64,000 nt of DNA. Source: Felis catus (lineage: Eukaryota). The stretch lies in assembly GCF_018350175.1 (NCBI RefSeq), contig NC_058382.1, positions 57,910,001-57,974,000 on the forward strand, read 5' to 3'. A program made the translations under genes and the position numbers. The notes below the pieces were generated by a model, which saw nothing but the letters and a program-made list of their open reading frames with translations, did not search any database and had not been told where the DNA came from. This document shows positions 12,690-26,445 of this stretch, piece by piece; the first letter of the stretch is position 1; each line of letters opens with the position of its first letter.

Positions 12690-12930
12690 ACTTCCCTGCA
12701 CCTCCGCCCACCTAGGAAAAAAAGATCTCAGGGAAGGACTTCTGATTGGTCCTCCTTAGGTCACATGCCCCTCCCTGCACCAATCGCAGTGTCTGGGAGA
12801 ATGGCAAATTGTGATTGGCCAGAACCGGTCCCGTGCTCTCCCTCGTTGCCTAGAGGCCAGGGCAAACTCTGGTGATTGGCACCTGCCCCCAGAACCTCAA
12901 GGTCGGGGCCAGCAGAAGCCCATTCCCCAA
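12690..12930. mobile_element. MLT1-type (ERVL-MaLR) LTR fragment
   Basis: CTGATTGG...GGTCACATGCCC...CCAATC...TGATTGGCCAG motif run typical of older MLT1. Confidence 0.55.
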
Positions 12931-14251
12931 GGTCGGGGCCGCAGTGTCACCGGCAGGGGGTGGGGGTTCTGGGCAAACCCTGCCAGATGGCCACACTCAG
13001 GCCATGTCCAAGGTGGGGTGAGGGGAGCGGGCTGTGAGGGGTCAGGCAGGGGGAACGCACCCCCCCCCCGCCCCCCGATGGCTCTGGGACCCCCCCCTTC
13101 TGCCATGTGTCCACAGAGAAGGGGTGTGGTGACGCCTCCTGTGCGGTCGCGGTGCGGTGGCCGGGCTGTCCCGATGCCCCGGGCCTCCCTTCCCCGCCGC
13201 TAGAGCACACGTTGCAAACATCTGCCCGGCAGGGCGGCTGCTGGGGGTCGCCTCCTGGAGCTCCCCGCTGCTGACAGGAACCAGCTCTCCCCTTTTTATT
13301 ACCCGCAGCGCACATCTGGGAACACTCTGGATCAGTCTGGTCGAGCCAGTGGGCCGAAGAGCTGACTCCCGGCCAAGCTCACGGGGCGGGGGGGAGGGGG
13401 GGGCGGCGGTGGCGACAGCCCGGGTCTGGGAAGCGCCGCCCCCCCTACACACCCCTCCCGCAAAGCTGCCCCGTGTGACCGCTCCTGGCCGGCTGCCACA
13501 GAGGCGGTTGTGTAACCAGCCTCGTCCAGGAGGGAGGGGACGGCCTGGGCCCAGGGCGGGGTCCCACCGGCCAGGCTGGCCTGCCAAGCCCAGGGAGGGG
13601 GCCTTGGGGGTGGTTTTAGGATGGGGGCGTGATGGGGGGGTTGCTGGGGCTTCTCTGATTAGGGCTCAGCAGTGGTTACTCCTCCCCCACTTCCTCCCTC
13701 GCCTCCGTGTCTCTCCTCTCTCCTCCCCTCCCCGAGACTTCGCATCTTCTCCTCGGAGGAGCTCGGCCTTAAGCCCCACCTTTGCAACTGAGCAGGGGGC
13801 AAGATCCTGAACAAACAGCATTATTTTGGACACACCTAGGCTTTCTGCTTGAAGACGACGGGGGTGGCGGATGGGGGAGGGGGACAGCTGCGGTCCCTAC
13901 CCGCCCCCATCACGTGTTGCACCCCTTCCTCTCGGACCTCTAAAGAGAGAGAAATGACCCTGCAGCCTCCAGAACTTTCCTGGTGCTCCCGGGCCGTGAC
14001 GCTGGCTGCCGAGTTGGGCACGGCTGCAGAGAGGGCTTCACGGACCCTCGGGGAGCTGTGAGCCACTGGTAGCCGCAGCCACAAACCCCCCAACCCCGGC
14101 CAGCTGGGCGCTGGCAGCCCGTGGCTTCCTGGCCGTCTGTCTATCCATCCGTCCATCTGTCTGTGTGTGGCACCCTCCTCCCGTTACCTGTTGAAACCCC
14201 CACCACCAGGACACTACGTCGTGTTTATTTTGTTTACAAGTGACGACTCTT

Positions 14252-14488
14252 GGGGCGCCTGGGCGGCTCAGTCGGTGAGGCGTCTGACCTCGGCTCAGGT
14301 CGCGATCTCGCGGTTCGTGGGTTCGAGCCCCGCGTCGGGCTCTGTGTGGACGGCTCGGAGCCTGGAGCCTGCTTCCGATTCTGTGTCTCCCTCTCCCTCT
14401 GTCCCTCCCCTGCTTGCTTTCTCTTTCTCTCTCCCTCTATCTCAAAAAAAGAAACATTAGAAAAATTAAAAAGAAATACAAATAAAAG
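14252..14488 (+). mobile_element. Can-SINE
   Basis: Consensus. Confidence 0.92.
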
Positions 14489-14719
14489 TATCAGCTCTTC
14501 GGCAAATGGAAAGTCTCACCAGGGAGGGCTGGCTGGCCCCAGGGCGGCAGGGCAGGGCTGTTAGTCCCTTGTCCTCGAAGCCAGGAGAGCAGAGAAGTCC
14601 TGAGGCTCTCGGCCATCTCCCAGGCTCAGCCACAACGTCCCCTTCAGCCATGAATTCATTTTTGTTTTTGTTTTGTTTCGTTTCGGTTTTGTTCACAGTG
14701 ACCGAATCGTCCCGGGTCG

Positions 14720-15700
14720 AGGCCTGTGCCAGGTACCTGGATTATAACAGCGCCGGGCAGAGTGTCCCTGCCTCTTTCACTTTACTGGCATGTTAGGAAT
14801 AAAACAAATCCAGTCAGTGAATGCAAGTCATTATGATTAGGGTGGGTCTATAACGAAGCTAGGCACCAGAACCCATGAGGCCGAGATCAGCCTGTTTCAG
14901 ATGGGTGGGGCGCCTCTAACCCCGGGCCGGGCAGGAAGAGAGGTCTCCCCTCGTGAGTAGGGGAAAGGATGCTCCAGGCAGTGGGGAGATCATGTGCAAA
15001 GGCCCTGAGGTAGAAAAGGCTCGGTGGGGTCTAGAGCCTGAACGGAAGCTGTGGGGCTTTGATGGAGGGAGCAGAGAGAGAGGAACAGGAGGGGGTGGGG
15101 GCACAGGACCTGATCATGGGAATCCTGTGGGCCCTGGCCGGGACCTTGAGCTTTGTTCGAAGAGTAAAGGGAAGCTATTCCGTGGGCTGACGCAAGGGAG
15201 CGTCACCATCTGGCCTGCATTTTAGGAAGGCCACTCACCTAAAGACAGAGCAGAGAGAGCGGGGAGGAGCCAACCATAATCAGGGAAGCAGAGGTGATGG
15301 TGGCCTGGCTAGGCAGAGGCCCTGAGGTGGGACAGCAGGTTAAGCCAGGAGACGTCAGAGCCTCCACCCTCTTCGGGGCCTAGTTAGCAAGGGGAACAGT
15401 CAAACACGTATTTAAATACAAAATAAATATTTTTTTTGTACAAATAAATATTTGTATTTGTACAGGGGCAGCTGTGGGGGGCTGCAGGAGTCCTTAATGA
15501 GGGGCACCTAACCTAGTCTTGGAACAATCAGGAGGGCTTCCTGGAGGAGGAGACATCTAAGCTGAAAACGGAAAGATGAGTAAGAGCCAGGAGAAAGGGG
15601 GTTGGCACAGCGGGAATACGGTGTCCCAGGCAGTGGGAACAACCCACGCAAGGGCTGGAGACAAGAGGAAGCAGACACCTTCGAGGGCCACGGAAGGTCA
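14720..15700. mobile_element. L2 remnants
   Basis: L2-typical motifs CATGTGCAAAGGCCCTGAGG and GAGGGCTTCCTGGAGGAGG. Confidence 0.6.
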
Positions 15701-15824
15701 GCGTCGCCAGGGCAGAGGGGACGAAGGGACACCGGGGACCCAGGAACCACTGGGGGATTTAAGGCTCAGCGTCACAATCAGATTCCAGGTCAGAGACATC
15801 TGCCTCTTCTGTATCTTCATCGGA

Positions 15825-16020
15825 TTTTCTTTTTAATGTGTATTTATTTTTGAGAGAGAGAAAGTGCAAGCAGGGAGGGGCAGAGAGAGAAGAGAGAGAG
15901 AATCCCAAGCAGGCTCAGCTGTCAGCGCAGAGCCCGACGCGGGGCTCGAACCCGCGAGCCTCGAGATCCTCACCGGAGCCAAAGTCGGAGGTTTAAGCGA
16001 CTGAGCCACCCAGGCGCCCC
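15825..16020 (-). mobile_element. Can-SINE
   Basis: Reverse-complement consensus. Confidence 0.9.
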
Positions 16021-16770
16021 CCCCCCTTTTTTTTTTTTTTTAATCGAAAGGGGAAAATGTATAATACATTTGACTATGAAAGCCGTTGCACGAATAGCCT
16101 GGCTTTAAAAAATATTTAAGATATTTTCAACAATCAAATTCCGGCAGCAGGGGAGGCTGGTGGGCGATGTGGCCTCCCGGTCATCCAAAGCGGCGTTTGG
16201 AGAAGGGGCCTCCGGGGAAGGCGAAACACAGATCCTGGGAAGAACACCCACAGCTATCGAGCAGGCCTGTCGCTGTCACCCCAGGGCTAAAACTTAAGCA
16301 TTAAGGAGCCCATCGAACTCAACCGCGGCCTGCCGTCTGCTGCGGGCCCGGCCCGGGGAAGGCAAGTCCCACAAAGGTTCCGCGAAGACGCTGCATTCGG
16401 GGAGCGGAGACGTGCTCATTCCTTTCCCTCTTAACACTGCCTCCCACCCCAGTCCTGACTGCACGTTTGTTTGAGTCAGGATCCAACGAAGGTCCACGCC
16501 GTGGAGGGTTAATCTAACAGAGACGCTTAACATACAGACTATAGGTTTCTCCTTTGTTCCTTTCTGTCTCTCTCTTTCTCTCTCCCCTCTCTCTCTCTCT
16601 CCCTCTGTCCCTATCTCTGTTTCTGTCTCTCCTCTCCCCCTCCCTCTCTGTCCTTACAATGTATTTATTGATGGAACAGAGTTGTTTGTCTTGGAGAGAT
16701 TCCCACAGTCCTGGGAGTCTATTTTCACATGGTCCCTAAGTAGTAATGCACATATATATTTATACATGTA

Positions 16771-16772
16771 TG

Positions 16773-16812
<40 letters not shown>
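16771..16812. repeat. (TG)n microsatellite
   Basis: Direct reading. Confidence 0.95.
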
Positions 16813-16815
<3 letters not shown>

Positions 16816-16831
16816 AAAAACCACTGCACTA

Positions 16832-17081
16832 GGGGCGCCTGGGGCGGGGGTATTCGGTCGGTTGAGCGTCTGACTCTCGATTTCGGCTCAGGTCATGGTC
16901 TCATAGTTTTGTGGGTTCGAGCCCCGTGTCAGGCTCTGTGCTGACAGCTCACGGAGCCTGTTTCGGATTCTGTGTCTCCCTCTTTCTCCGTCCCTCCCCT
17001 GCTCGCACTCTCTCTTTCTCAAAAATAAATACACATTAAAAAATATATAAAAATAAATAATAAATAAATAAAATAAATAAA
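16832..17081 (+). mobile_element. Can-SINE
   Basis: Consensus with (TAAA)n tail. Confidence 0.9.
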
Positions 17082-17271
17082 GGGGGGGGGCAGACTGCAG
17101 GACCATGAACTCCGCCTGCAGGAAGGGCATGGGGAAGAGAATTCCCGTTCTCTGAGCACCCCCTTGCCCAGAGGCTTTGTGCGTGTACAAGATGTCACGG
17201 CCTAGTGGCTGAGAGCGTGGCTGCGTGAGCAGTGTGGGCCGTGAGGGGCATCGTCCACACAGAAGTTAACA

Positions 17272-17452
17272 GGGATACCTAGGGGGCTCGGTCGGTTAAG
17301 CATCCGACTCTTGGTTTCGTCTCTGGTCATGATCTCACGGTCTGTGAGTTCGAGTCCCCCACGGGGATTCTGCTCGGGATTGTCTCTCTACCTCTCTCTG
17401 CCCCACCCACACACTCTCTCTCTCTCAAAATAAATAAACTTAAAAAAAAAAA
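17272..17452 (+). mobile_element. Can-SINE, internally deleted
   Basis: Head, CT tract, poly-A; TSD AGAAGTTAA. Confidence 0.85.
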
Positions 17453-17494
17453 AGAAGTTAATAATGATGGAACCAGCTAAAAGTTGATCTGCTC

Positions 17495-19010
17495 TTCAAT
17501 TTGTAACAGTGTCACTGAGGTATAAGTCACAGGCCCCACGGGTCACGTGTCCTCGATTCGGTGTTTCTTAGTACAGTCGCAGGTTGCGACGCCTTCGCCA
17601 CCACCTAATTCCAGAACATTTCCGTCAACCTGAAAAGAAATTCTCTATTCCGTTCTCACGATCCTTCCCCATTTTCACCGAAGTCGGTATCCCTACGCTA
17701 CCTGTAAGCTCCCCCCTGTCCCTTGGGATTGGCCTACCCTGGCTATTTCTTCCGACGGATGGAATCCTACAGTGTGTGGCCTTTCGTGACTGGCTTCTTT
17801 CACTCTGTGTGATGTTGTCAAAGGTCGTCCGTGTTGGCCTTTCCTCTCTTTTATGGCTGCATAATATTTCAGTGCGTGGCTAGACCATTTTGGTCGATCC
17901 GTTCATCCATTGATGGCCGTTGGCTGGTTTACACGTTGGGCTATTCTGTTGGAACCATCCGCGTATAGGATTTTGTGCGGGTGTATGTTTTCAGTTCTCC
18001 GGGTTGCAGGGTCATATCATAAGTCCACGTTTAACCTCCTGAGGCTCTGCCAGGTTCTCCAGAGTGGCCGCCCACGTTACACGCCTCTCAGCCGTGTGTG
18101 AAGCCTCCATACTCTCTACGCCGTCACTAACCCTTGTTTCTATCTGCCTTTTTGGTGACGGCCACGTGTTCCGAATACAGGTCCCTTATCAGATACGCGA
18201 TTTGCACATATTTTCTCCTGCTCTGTGAGTTGTCTTTTCGCTTTCTTGGTGGTCACCTTTGGAGTGGGAAAGTTTTCAGTTCTGACAAAGCTCAATTTCC
18301 CTGTTTTCTCTTTCGTTATCTGTCCTTTCAATGTCATTTCAGAGAGCCGTTGCGTAACCCACAGTTATGAAGATTTTCCCCTAAGTTTTCTCCTAAGAGG
18401 TTTTTTTTAAATGTTTATTTTTAAGAGAGACAGATAGAGTGCGAGTGTGGGAGGGGCGGGGAGGGGGGGAGACACAGAATCTGAAGCAGACTCTGGGCTC
18501 TGAGCTGTCAGCACAGAGCCCAATGCAGGGCTTGAACCCATGGACTGGGAGATCATGGCCTGAGCCAAAGTTGGACGCTTGACCGACTGAGCCACCTAGG
18601 CGCCCCTCTTCTAAGAGTTTTATAGTTTTATCCATTTTGGCACGTATGTCTTGGATTCATTTTTAAGTTTGAGCGTATGGTGTGAGGTAGGGGTCATGCT
18701 TCATTCTTGTGCATATGGCTGTCGCGTTATCCCAGCGCCATTTGTTGAAAAGACTATTCTTTCCCCATTAAGCGATCTCGGAACCTTTGTTGAAAATCGG
18801 TGGACTGTAGAGGTGAGGGTTTTATTTCTGGACTCTCGGTTCTCTTCCATTGATCTATGTGTCTTCCCTCCCCACCCAGCCTGAGTGACTGTAGGTTTGC
18901 ACCAGGTTTTGAAATCAGGGCAGTGACCCTCCTCCAGGTTTGCTCTTCATTCTGGAGATTGTTTTGGAGTTTCCCGTATGAATTTTAGGTTGAGGTTTTT
19001 CAGGCTCTTT
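17495..19010 (-). mobile_element. Old L1 (3'UTR plus ORF2 end remnant), interrupted by a SINE
   Basis: Antisense L1 hallmarks GACTGGCTTCTTTCACT, ATTTGCACATATTTTCTCC, CCAGCGCCATTTGTTGAAAAGACT. Confidence 0.8.
18401..18606 (-). mobile_element. Can-SINE within L1
   Basis: Consensus; TSD-like CTAAGAG. Confidence 0.9.
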
Positions 19011-19789
19011 TTTATTCTAAATAATATCACTGGTAAAATCTTAAGCGTGGGGCCCAAGCGCCAACGTGCCCGGGTTGATGCCTTTGGTCCTACCGCTTAC
19101 TAGCCGTGTGACCTTGAGCAGGTTAATGGGCCTCTCTGTGCCTCATCCATCTCAGGCGTACGATGTGGATGATGAGTGTTCCTGCCTCGTGGGGCTGCCA
19201 CAGAGATGAAAGAAGCCAGGACGGGGGAAGGAGAGCTTTGCGTATAGCACACTGATGGCCCTTGGCGAGCTTTAAAATATACTCTTACCGGGTCCCCAAC
19301 CCCAGAAGGTTCGATTTGATGTGTTCAGGTGCAGCCTGGGAAAGGTGTTGTGGCCTTTTTTTGGTTTGTTTTTAGTTTGTCTTTTGTTTTTTTTGTTTTT
19401 TTTTTAACTCCCAGGTGATTTTACAGGGAAGTGCGTTAAGGACGACACAATCATCCCCGCGTGGCGAGGCACCTGTGTGCTCACACCAGGTTCGGGCTCC
19501 GGGATCCAGAGAGGACACCTCCCCTGACCTCAGGACGCCTGACAACTCGGCAGGCGGGCAAAGAGACACGCGGCAAGGAGCTTCAGTACGGTGAAACGCA
19601 ACGTCACGACACAACGCGAAATACGGCGACGTGACCTGAAATGAACGTAAACGGTCTCATCAGAAACAGTTCGGGAACAAGGCGAGTCCCGGGGGGGTGG
19701 ACAGCGCACGGAGACCACCGGTCCGGAGTCCCCCCTCGTGAGCTGGTGGAGACCGGAAATGGCCACGCCTCCCTCCCGGGCCGGCCCTG

Positions 19790-20090
19790 AGGACTGACCC
19801 CAGGCCACCTGCACTCCTGGGCTCGAGACGTCTTCCCGAATTCTCAGGGCCAGCCGAGAAGCCCCTGCCCGTCTCTTGCTCTCTGACCCTGCTTCTGTCA
19901 CACGTGTCTTCTGACTCGGGCTCTCCTGCTGCCCTCCTACAAGGACCCTCGTGATGACACGGCCTCCCCAGCCGAGCCGGGACGTGGTCTCCATCTCGAG
20001 ATCCTTCCGTTACCTCTGCGAGGTCCTTTGCCAGGTAAGGTCACGAATTCGCAGGTTTCGGGGTTTAGGGTGTGGATCTCTTCGGAGCTG
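19790..20090. mobile_element. MLT1 LTR fragment
   Basis: AAGGACCCTCGTGAT...ATCTCGAGATCCTT...GGTAAGGTCAC...CAGGTTTCGGGG motifs. Confidence 0.65.
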
Positions 20091-22914
20091 TGCACCTGCT
20101 GATCCCGTCTGACCTGCCGGGCAGCCTGTGTACCAACCCACAAGGCCGCTCTTGGGGTTGCAGTGTTCCCAGTTCGTCAGCGGGGCTCCAGAGGCCCCGG
20201 GTCACCACAGCAGAGGCAGGACCAGCCGTGCCCGTCTTCCCTGTGGGAACGACCCAGGGGGTTTCGGGCCACATTTGAGTTAGAGGAGCTGTCGGAACCG
20301 ATCGCGATTAGCACGAAATAAGCTTGACCGATGATCGGAGGCGAGATGGCGAGAGGGACGGTGGTCTCCCAGGCAGGCGGGATGGTGGGGCCCAAGGCCT
20401 CAAGGGGTCGGGGCTGGAATATTTGGAGACAGAGAGAGGCCTCGCTGGAGAGAAGGTTCCCATCGGTGGGGAGGCCTGAGAAAGCCTTGCATACCGAACC
20501 TCGGTGTCTACACTGGATCCCTTAGGCAGTGGGGAGCCACAGAAGGTGTGTGAGCAGAGGAGTACCTTGAGGAAAGGGGCTGTTAGGAAGGCTGTCCCTC
20601 AGAGGCCTAAATGCCCCTCCCTTCACCCACAGCAACCTTTCTACCCCCAGCACCCCTGGGGACCGCCTGGCCCTGTCCCTTTGGGAAGAATTAGGTCCAC
20701 TGGCACCTCGTTCCTGTGCTCGGGGACCACTTGGCGGCCGGAAGCAATGCATTGTCATGCTGGCCTCCAGGATTTCCTGCAGCAGCCCAGGGGCCGGACG
20801 GGGCTTTGTGGAAATGCTCCCCGGAGAGCCCCGTGCTGCCTGGCCAGGGTCAGGGTCAGGCCCAGCAGGCGGCAGAAGGGGGGCGTTGCTCAAAGCAAAG
20901 GGGACCTTGGGGAGAGGGCCTATGCCGGAAGTGGGTGCTCTCTGCTCATTGGGCCTTGGGACCTCCAGAGCCCTGCCCACCGGCCTCCAGGCTCTGGGTG
21001 GGGCCCGCCCCCCAGCATCCTCTGCAGGGGGTGCCGTGGCTCTGACGGTGGCAGGCTCTCCTGACCCCAGCTGGCCGCCGGCTCGTCTACTCTCTGCATC
21101 CAGCAGACATGACATCTGGGACCTCGGGGACCTCAGGACGTGTCCCCCTCCTCATCAGAAGGGCCCTTTGGACCCCCCTGCGCCGAGAACGTGTGAGGCT
21201 TGTCACTCCTGGCCTCAAACTGCTTTTGGCTGAGAGTAAGGACACACGCTGGCCAAAACGGAATTATATTTATACAAATAGTGTCCACCCAGTGCCGAGC
21301 AGCCAGGAGGGGCTCAATAAATGGGCGTCGGTGGACAGGGGGGGCGGTGGGGGAGGGGAGACATCCTGCTGGCCCACCACGCCCCCAACCACGACAGGCC
21401 ACCTCCCGAAAGGCTCTGTGGCTCAAGGCTACGACACCCCAGGGGCCCGGCCTGCCTCCCTGCAGCCTCCAAACCCCAGCCAAGGCCACGTAACATGTCC
21501 TGTCGCCAAACGTCCTAGGCTCGTCCACGTTCCCTGTGGCCTGGATCCGGACGGGGCCCCGGTGGTTCTATGAGAAGCTGGCCGGGGACTTAGCACAGGG
21601 CCCCGGGCGGAGGTGGGGGTCAGCAACCTGATTCCTGCCCCAGGGTGACTGGGGGAAACACCTCTTGAGCCCCCAAGCCTCTTTGGTGCCTCTGTCCCAC
21701 CACCGGCAACACCTGGCCCCCCCCCCCCCCCGTTGTGCCCGCGCACACGCCTGGAGCCCGGGGACCTTTGACAACAGCTGTCGTCCGATTCCCGTTACTG
21801 CCGAACAGGGGACCGATTGGGGTGTTTCTATCCACCTTCCAGACGCCTCCGAGCCCTGCTTGTCTGCCCCGTGGACCAGAGTGGAGGGCAGGTGGGCAAT
21901 GTGGCTGCGTGACCTTGGACGAGGCCCTGTCCTGCTCTGAGCAATGCCGGCTCCCCTGGAGAGTGCCCCCCCTCCCCGCCCCCGCCCAGCGGTGGGGCCC
22001 GGAAGCTCTGGGTCTCCCCCGACCCTCGGCCCCGCTGGAAGGAGGAGGAGAGGACAGCCGTGGGCTGTCTCTCCATTGCCAGGGAAAGCCACCTCCTCCT
22101 GGCAGTGCGCCGGGGTTCACCTTGGTGAAAACAGGAGCTGCCATTAACTGGTCACCTGCTGTGGGCGGGACCGTGTCGGGCCACCAGCCTGGGCGTCTTA
22201 TTTGGCCCTCGGCGTCCTGGCAGCCAGGTGCTGTCATTGGCACTTTACAGACGAAGCCCCTAGACTCGGGGAAGGGTCGCGGCTCACCCAACGTCACCCA
22301 GCTGGTCAGGTGGGGCTGGGCTAGAAGCAGGGACATCGGTCGTCCTCTTTCTGTGAGGGCGCTGTGGATTCCCCCCCCTCAGCGGGGGCACAGTGCTGTC
22401 CCCAAGAAGGTTCTGGAAAAAAACCTAAGCAATAAACGAAATGATTTCCAGCGGGGGGCATGCTACGTGGGGGCATCTCCAGGAGGCGCCCGGAGAGTAC
22501 CTCTCGGAAGAGGTGACTTTCTCGTTGATGCTGTGCTGAGCTTGAGAACAAGTGGGGAGCTTTGCGTCCAGAGGGCATGAGGCCGACCCCCAGGGCCGAG
22601 AGGGTGGGGAGGCCGCCTGTGGTCCGGCTAAGCCCACGCTGCACCGGGTGCTGTGGGAGAGACAAAGAGCCCTAAATCAGGTTTCCTGCCTTTGAGGAAA
22701 TTCCAATTAGATGTGAGGTGCGATGCGGAGGCGTGATAAGTGGCTAACAATGGCAGGCAGGGGAAGAAAGCTCGTAGGACCAGCCGGTGAGGACACGGGA
22801 GCCCAGAGGTGGCCGAGGCCCTGCGTGGGCTCTCCTTCAGTCCTCGGCGCTGGGCAGGATGGGGCGGGGAAGGGAGGGGAGGTGTGGTCAGGACCCCAGG
22901 GGACGTCGAGGGCA

Positions 22915-23280
22915 GGGTACGAGTGTCCTGTGGCTGCTGTGACAACCGGCCACAGTCACGGTGGCTTCGAACATCACAGACGTATCCTCTTACGCCACTG
23001 CGGGTCGGGCGCCTGATGTGGGTCTCGCGGGCCAGCTGAGGCCGGCAGCATAGCTCGTTCCTTCTGGGCACCCCAGGGGAAATCCGTGCCCCCACTTTTT
23101 CCAGCTTCCAGGGGCCACTGCCTTCCTTGGCCTGCCGCCTCGCCCTCCGTCTTTAAGGCCAGCCTCCCAGCGGCCTCATTTTCCCTCTCTCTGCTTCTGA
23201 CTCTCCGGCCTCCCTCTTCTAAGGACCTCGCGATTGCACTGGGGCAACCCAGATACCCAGGCCAGATCCTTTCACGCTTA
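22915..23280. mobile_element. MLT1 LTR fragment
   Basis: GGCTGCTGTGACAA...GGTGGCTT...TTTTCCAGCTTCCAGGGGCC...TAAGGACCTCGCGATT motifs. Confidence 0.65.
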
Positions 23281-23892
23281 GGGGCGGACGGCCCATCCCA
23301 GGTGAGCAAGGGAAGGATGTCCCAAGAAGGGCAATTGTGGGGGCAGCAGCAGTGGGGATGTCACTGCAGCACACAGCAGGCGCTTAATGGATGCATGTAG
23401 AACGGATGAACGAGTGGGGTGGGGTGCGGGGGCGACAGCCGGAGGCCCGGGGTCCCACGCGAGGGAGAAGTAGGGGCAGCCGAGCTGTGCCCGGGGATGG
23501 AGCTGCTGGCTGGGGTTGGGGATGGACAGAGCCCCCCCACCCCCACCCAAAGGCGCCCTTTCCGCCATAATGGCCCTTGAATCTGACCAGTGATCTCGAG
23601 CCGGCTATAAACCAGCCCGGGTCTGCTCTGGCGGGGGGGGGGGGGGCAGCCAGGACTCACACCGTTGAGGGGCCGTATCGACTCCTCCCCCACTGATGGA
23701 GGGGCCGTGCCCTCGACAGCACGGGCAGTGGTTGGCTGAGTCTGTCCTCTCTCTGCCCCCCAGCCCGCTAGCTCGGTGCCGGGCGATCGGACCCACGACT
23801 GTTGAGTCAGGATGCCCCCCGGGCTAGGTGATGGAAATCTCAGCGCCACCCCGCCCCCAGACCCACTGAGTCAGACTCTGCATGTCTTCTTC

Positions 23893-24062
23893 TTTTTTTT
23901 TTTTTTTTAAGTTTATTTATTGATTTTGAGAGAGAGAGAAAGAGAGAGAGAAAATCCCAAGCGGGTTCCGCACTGTCAGCGCGGAGCCCAGCACGGGGCT
24001 TGATCTCATGAACTGTGAGATCGTGACCTGAGCCGACTGAGTCCCCCCCCCCCAGGCGCCCC
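23893..24062 (-). mobile_element. Can-SINE within a MER5-like fragment
   Basis: Consensus; flanks CAGACTCTGCAT / CAGAATCTGCAT. Confidence 0.88.
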
Positions 24063-25684
24063 CAGAATCTGCATTTCAGTAAGGTTTCCAAGTGCTTTGG
24101 CTCCCGCCTGCCTGTCTGACCCACAGAGAATCGGGAGGCAGAACAGGGCGACCCCGTGGGCCGGGGGGCCAGGCGGGGGGACACGCTGAGCCGTAGAAGG
24201 CCGTGTGCCTCTGGAGGGGCGGGAGGCAGCAGGCAGACGTCGCCGTGATGGGGCAAGAGCAGCGGCACCGGTAACATGGTGTCGGAGGCGCCAGCGTTGT
24301 CCCATTCTCCAGATGGACGGAGTGAGGCCCGGTGGCTTGCCTGACCCCGCTCGGCTCGTCTGTGGCTGGGCCAGGATGCAAACCCAGAAATCCTGGCTCG
24401 AGGCCTTGAGTGGAGCCCATCTCCAAAATGCCTCCCTGAGGCACCAGGGAGCCACAGACTGTTGGAGGGCAAGGGAGCGATGTGAGCCAAATGGACTTTT
24501 TTGGAAGGCCGAGTGGGGCAGCGGCGTGCTGATGGGTTGGCGGGGGGGGGGGGGGACCCGTGTGTGTGTGTGTGAAGGGCAGCAGGAGGTGGGGGTGGGG
24601 TGGGGAAGGGGAGGCCCCCACAGGACACCGGCCTCCAATCCAGGCGGCAAGCGGTATGACCGCGTGGGGCGGGGCCGGCACGGCTGAGACGCGGCCAAGA
24701 GCGAGGTCTCGGGACAACCGCCGGGGGGTCGAGGTGGCCACCTAGGGCCGGGCACGAGAGGCCGATGGCTGAGTCCACGGGAGAGGTTTGGCCACCTGGA
24801 GACAGACGCCCACGCACGCGGGTTTCGCTGGCTTATTTCTCGCTATGCTTTCCTTACCTCCTCTTTCCCCGCGACTCGGAACAGACTGGAGTCCCTGGGA
24901 ACTTCCTGTTGCCAGGCCGCCTTGCGGCCCTTCCTCCTGGCTCGGCCGGGGGGGTCCCAGGCAGGCCACATCCTGCCACCCGCTGGGAGCTCACAGGGAC
25001 ACCGCTTGGCGTCGCCTCCCCTCAGATCTATTAAATTCCAGAGGGCAGAGGGCGGCCTGCAAAGGGGGCCCGGGGCACACGTGCCCCTCCGTGGAGGCCC
25101 TGAGCCCCCCAGATGTGTGTCCTGGGGGTGCGGGCCGGCAGACCGTGGCGGCCTGCTCACCTAGCCCCACGGGCTCACAAGTCTGCCAGCCTGGGCCGGT
25201 CGGTGGCTGACCTTGGGCGGGTTCCTCAACCTCTCCTGGTTTCCTTCTCAGTAAACACGGGGAGATTAATAATAATAAATGTTAAAAGATTCCCATCGGA
25301 TGGGATTGTTTTGAAGATTTCTTGAAGATAATGAACGTGAAGGTCAGAGTAGCATTACAAACACGCTCATTACTATTTTTTCCTGGCAGGGATTGGCCTG
25401 AGGGCCTGGGGAGATCGTGGTCAGAAAGCTAGCTACTGGCGGATTAACAAATGTTGGTTGAGCACCTACTACGTGCCAGGCGGTTGGTTGAGTACCTACT
25501 ATGTTCCAGGCCCGGGGGAGAGAGCCATGCCTGGGAATAAGCCGACAAGAGCCCTGAACATCTCAGTCCTTTCTCCTGGGGACTGGGAGCCCAGCCCTGC
25601 GCTCCGTGCTTCTGTGGGCCATCTTGTTCACCCTCCCCACCTTCTGTGAAGAAGGCGTTATTCCTGCAAGATTTTCTCCCCTTT

Positions 25685-26430
25685 TGAAAGTTGGGGCAAA
25701 ATTCACATCATCTAAAATTCACTATTGTAACCATTTTACGTTAAAATTCACTATTAAATTCACTATTGTAACCACTTTAAACTAAAAAATATTTTATTTT
25801 TTTTAATGTTTATTTATTTTTGAGAGAGAGAGTGTGCCAGCTGGGGAGGGGCAGAGAGAGAGGGAGACACACACACACACACACACAAAATCCCAAGTGG
25901 GCTGTAGATCCTGAGCTGTCAGCACAGAGCCCGACGCGGGGCTCGAACCCACGAACCGTGAGAACGTGACCTGAGCCAAAGTCGGAAGCTTAACGGACGG
26001 GGCCACCCAGGGGCCCCTTCACCGTTTTAATATGCGCGATTCTGTGGCCTGTGGTGCATTCTCCGGCTTGGGCAACCACCTCTGTACCTAATTCCAGAAC
26101 ATTCCATCACCCGGAAAGGAGACCCTGTGCCCATCAGCACTCACCCCGCCCCCTCCCCAACTCCCGGCCACCGTGGTCTGCTTTCTGGCTCTAAGGATTT
26201 GCCAGTTCTGGACAGTTCACACAGATGGACTCCCCCACGTCGCGCCCCGTGTGTCCGGCTTCCGTCGCTCTTCCGTCGCTCAGCGGGGTGTTTCCACCGT
26301 CCAGCCACGTCGTAGTGGGTGTTAGGACTTCGCACCTTTTTACCGCCGAATAATGCTCCACTGTGTGGATAGACTCCGTTTTGTTCATCCATCCGCCTGC
26401 TTGGGGGCGTCTGAGTTGTTTCCACTTTTT
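25685..26430 (-). mobile_element. Old L1 3'-end fragment containing a Can-SINE (25790-26017, minus)
   Basis: AAAATTCAC...TTCCAGAACATT...ATCACCC...CTGCTTTCTG motifs. Confidence 0.75.
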
Positions 26431-26445
26431 CACCCCCATTTTAAA

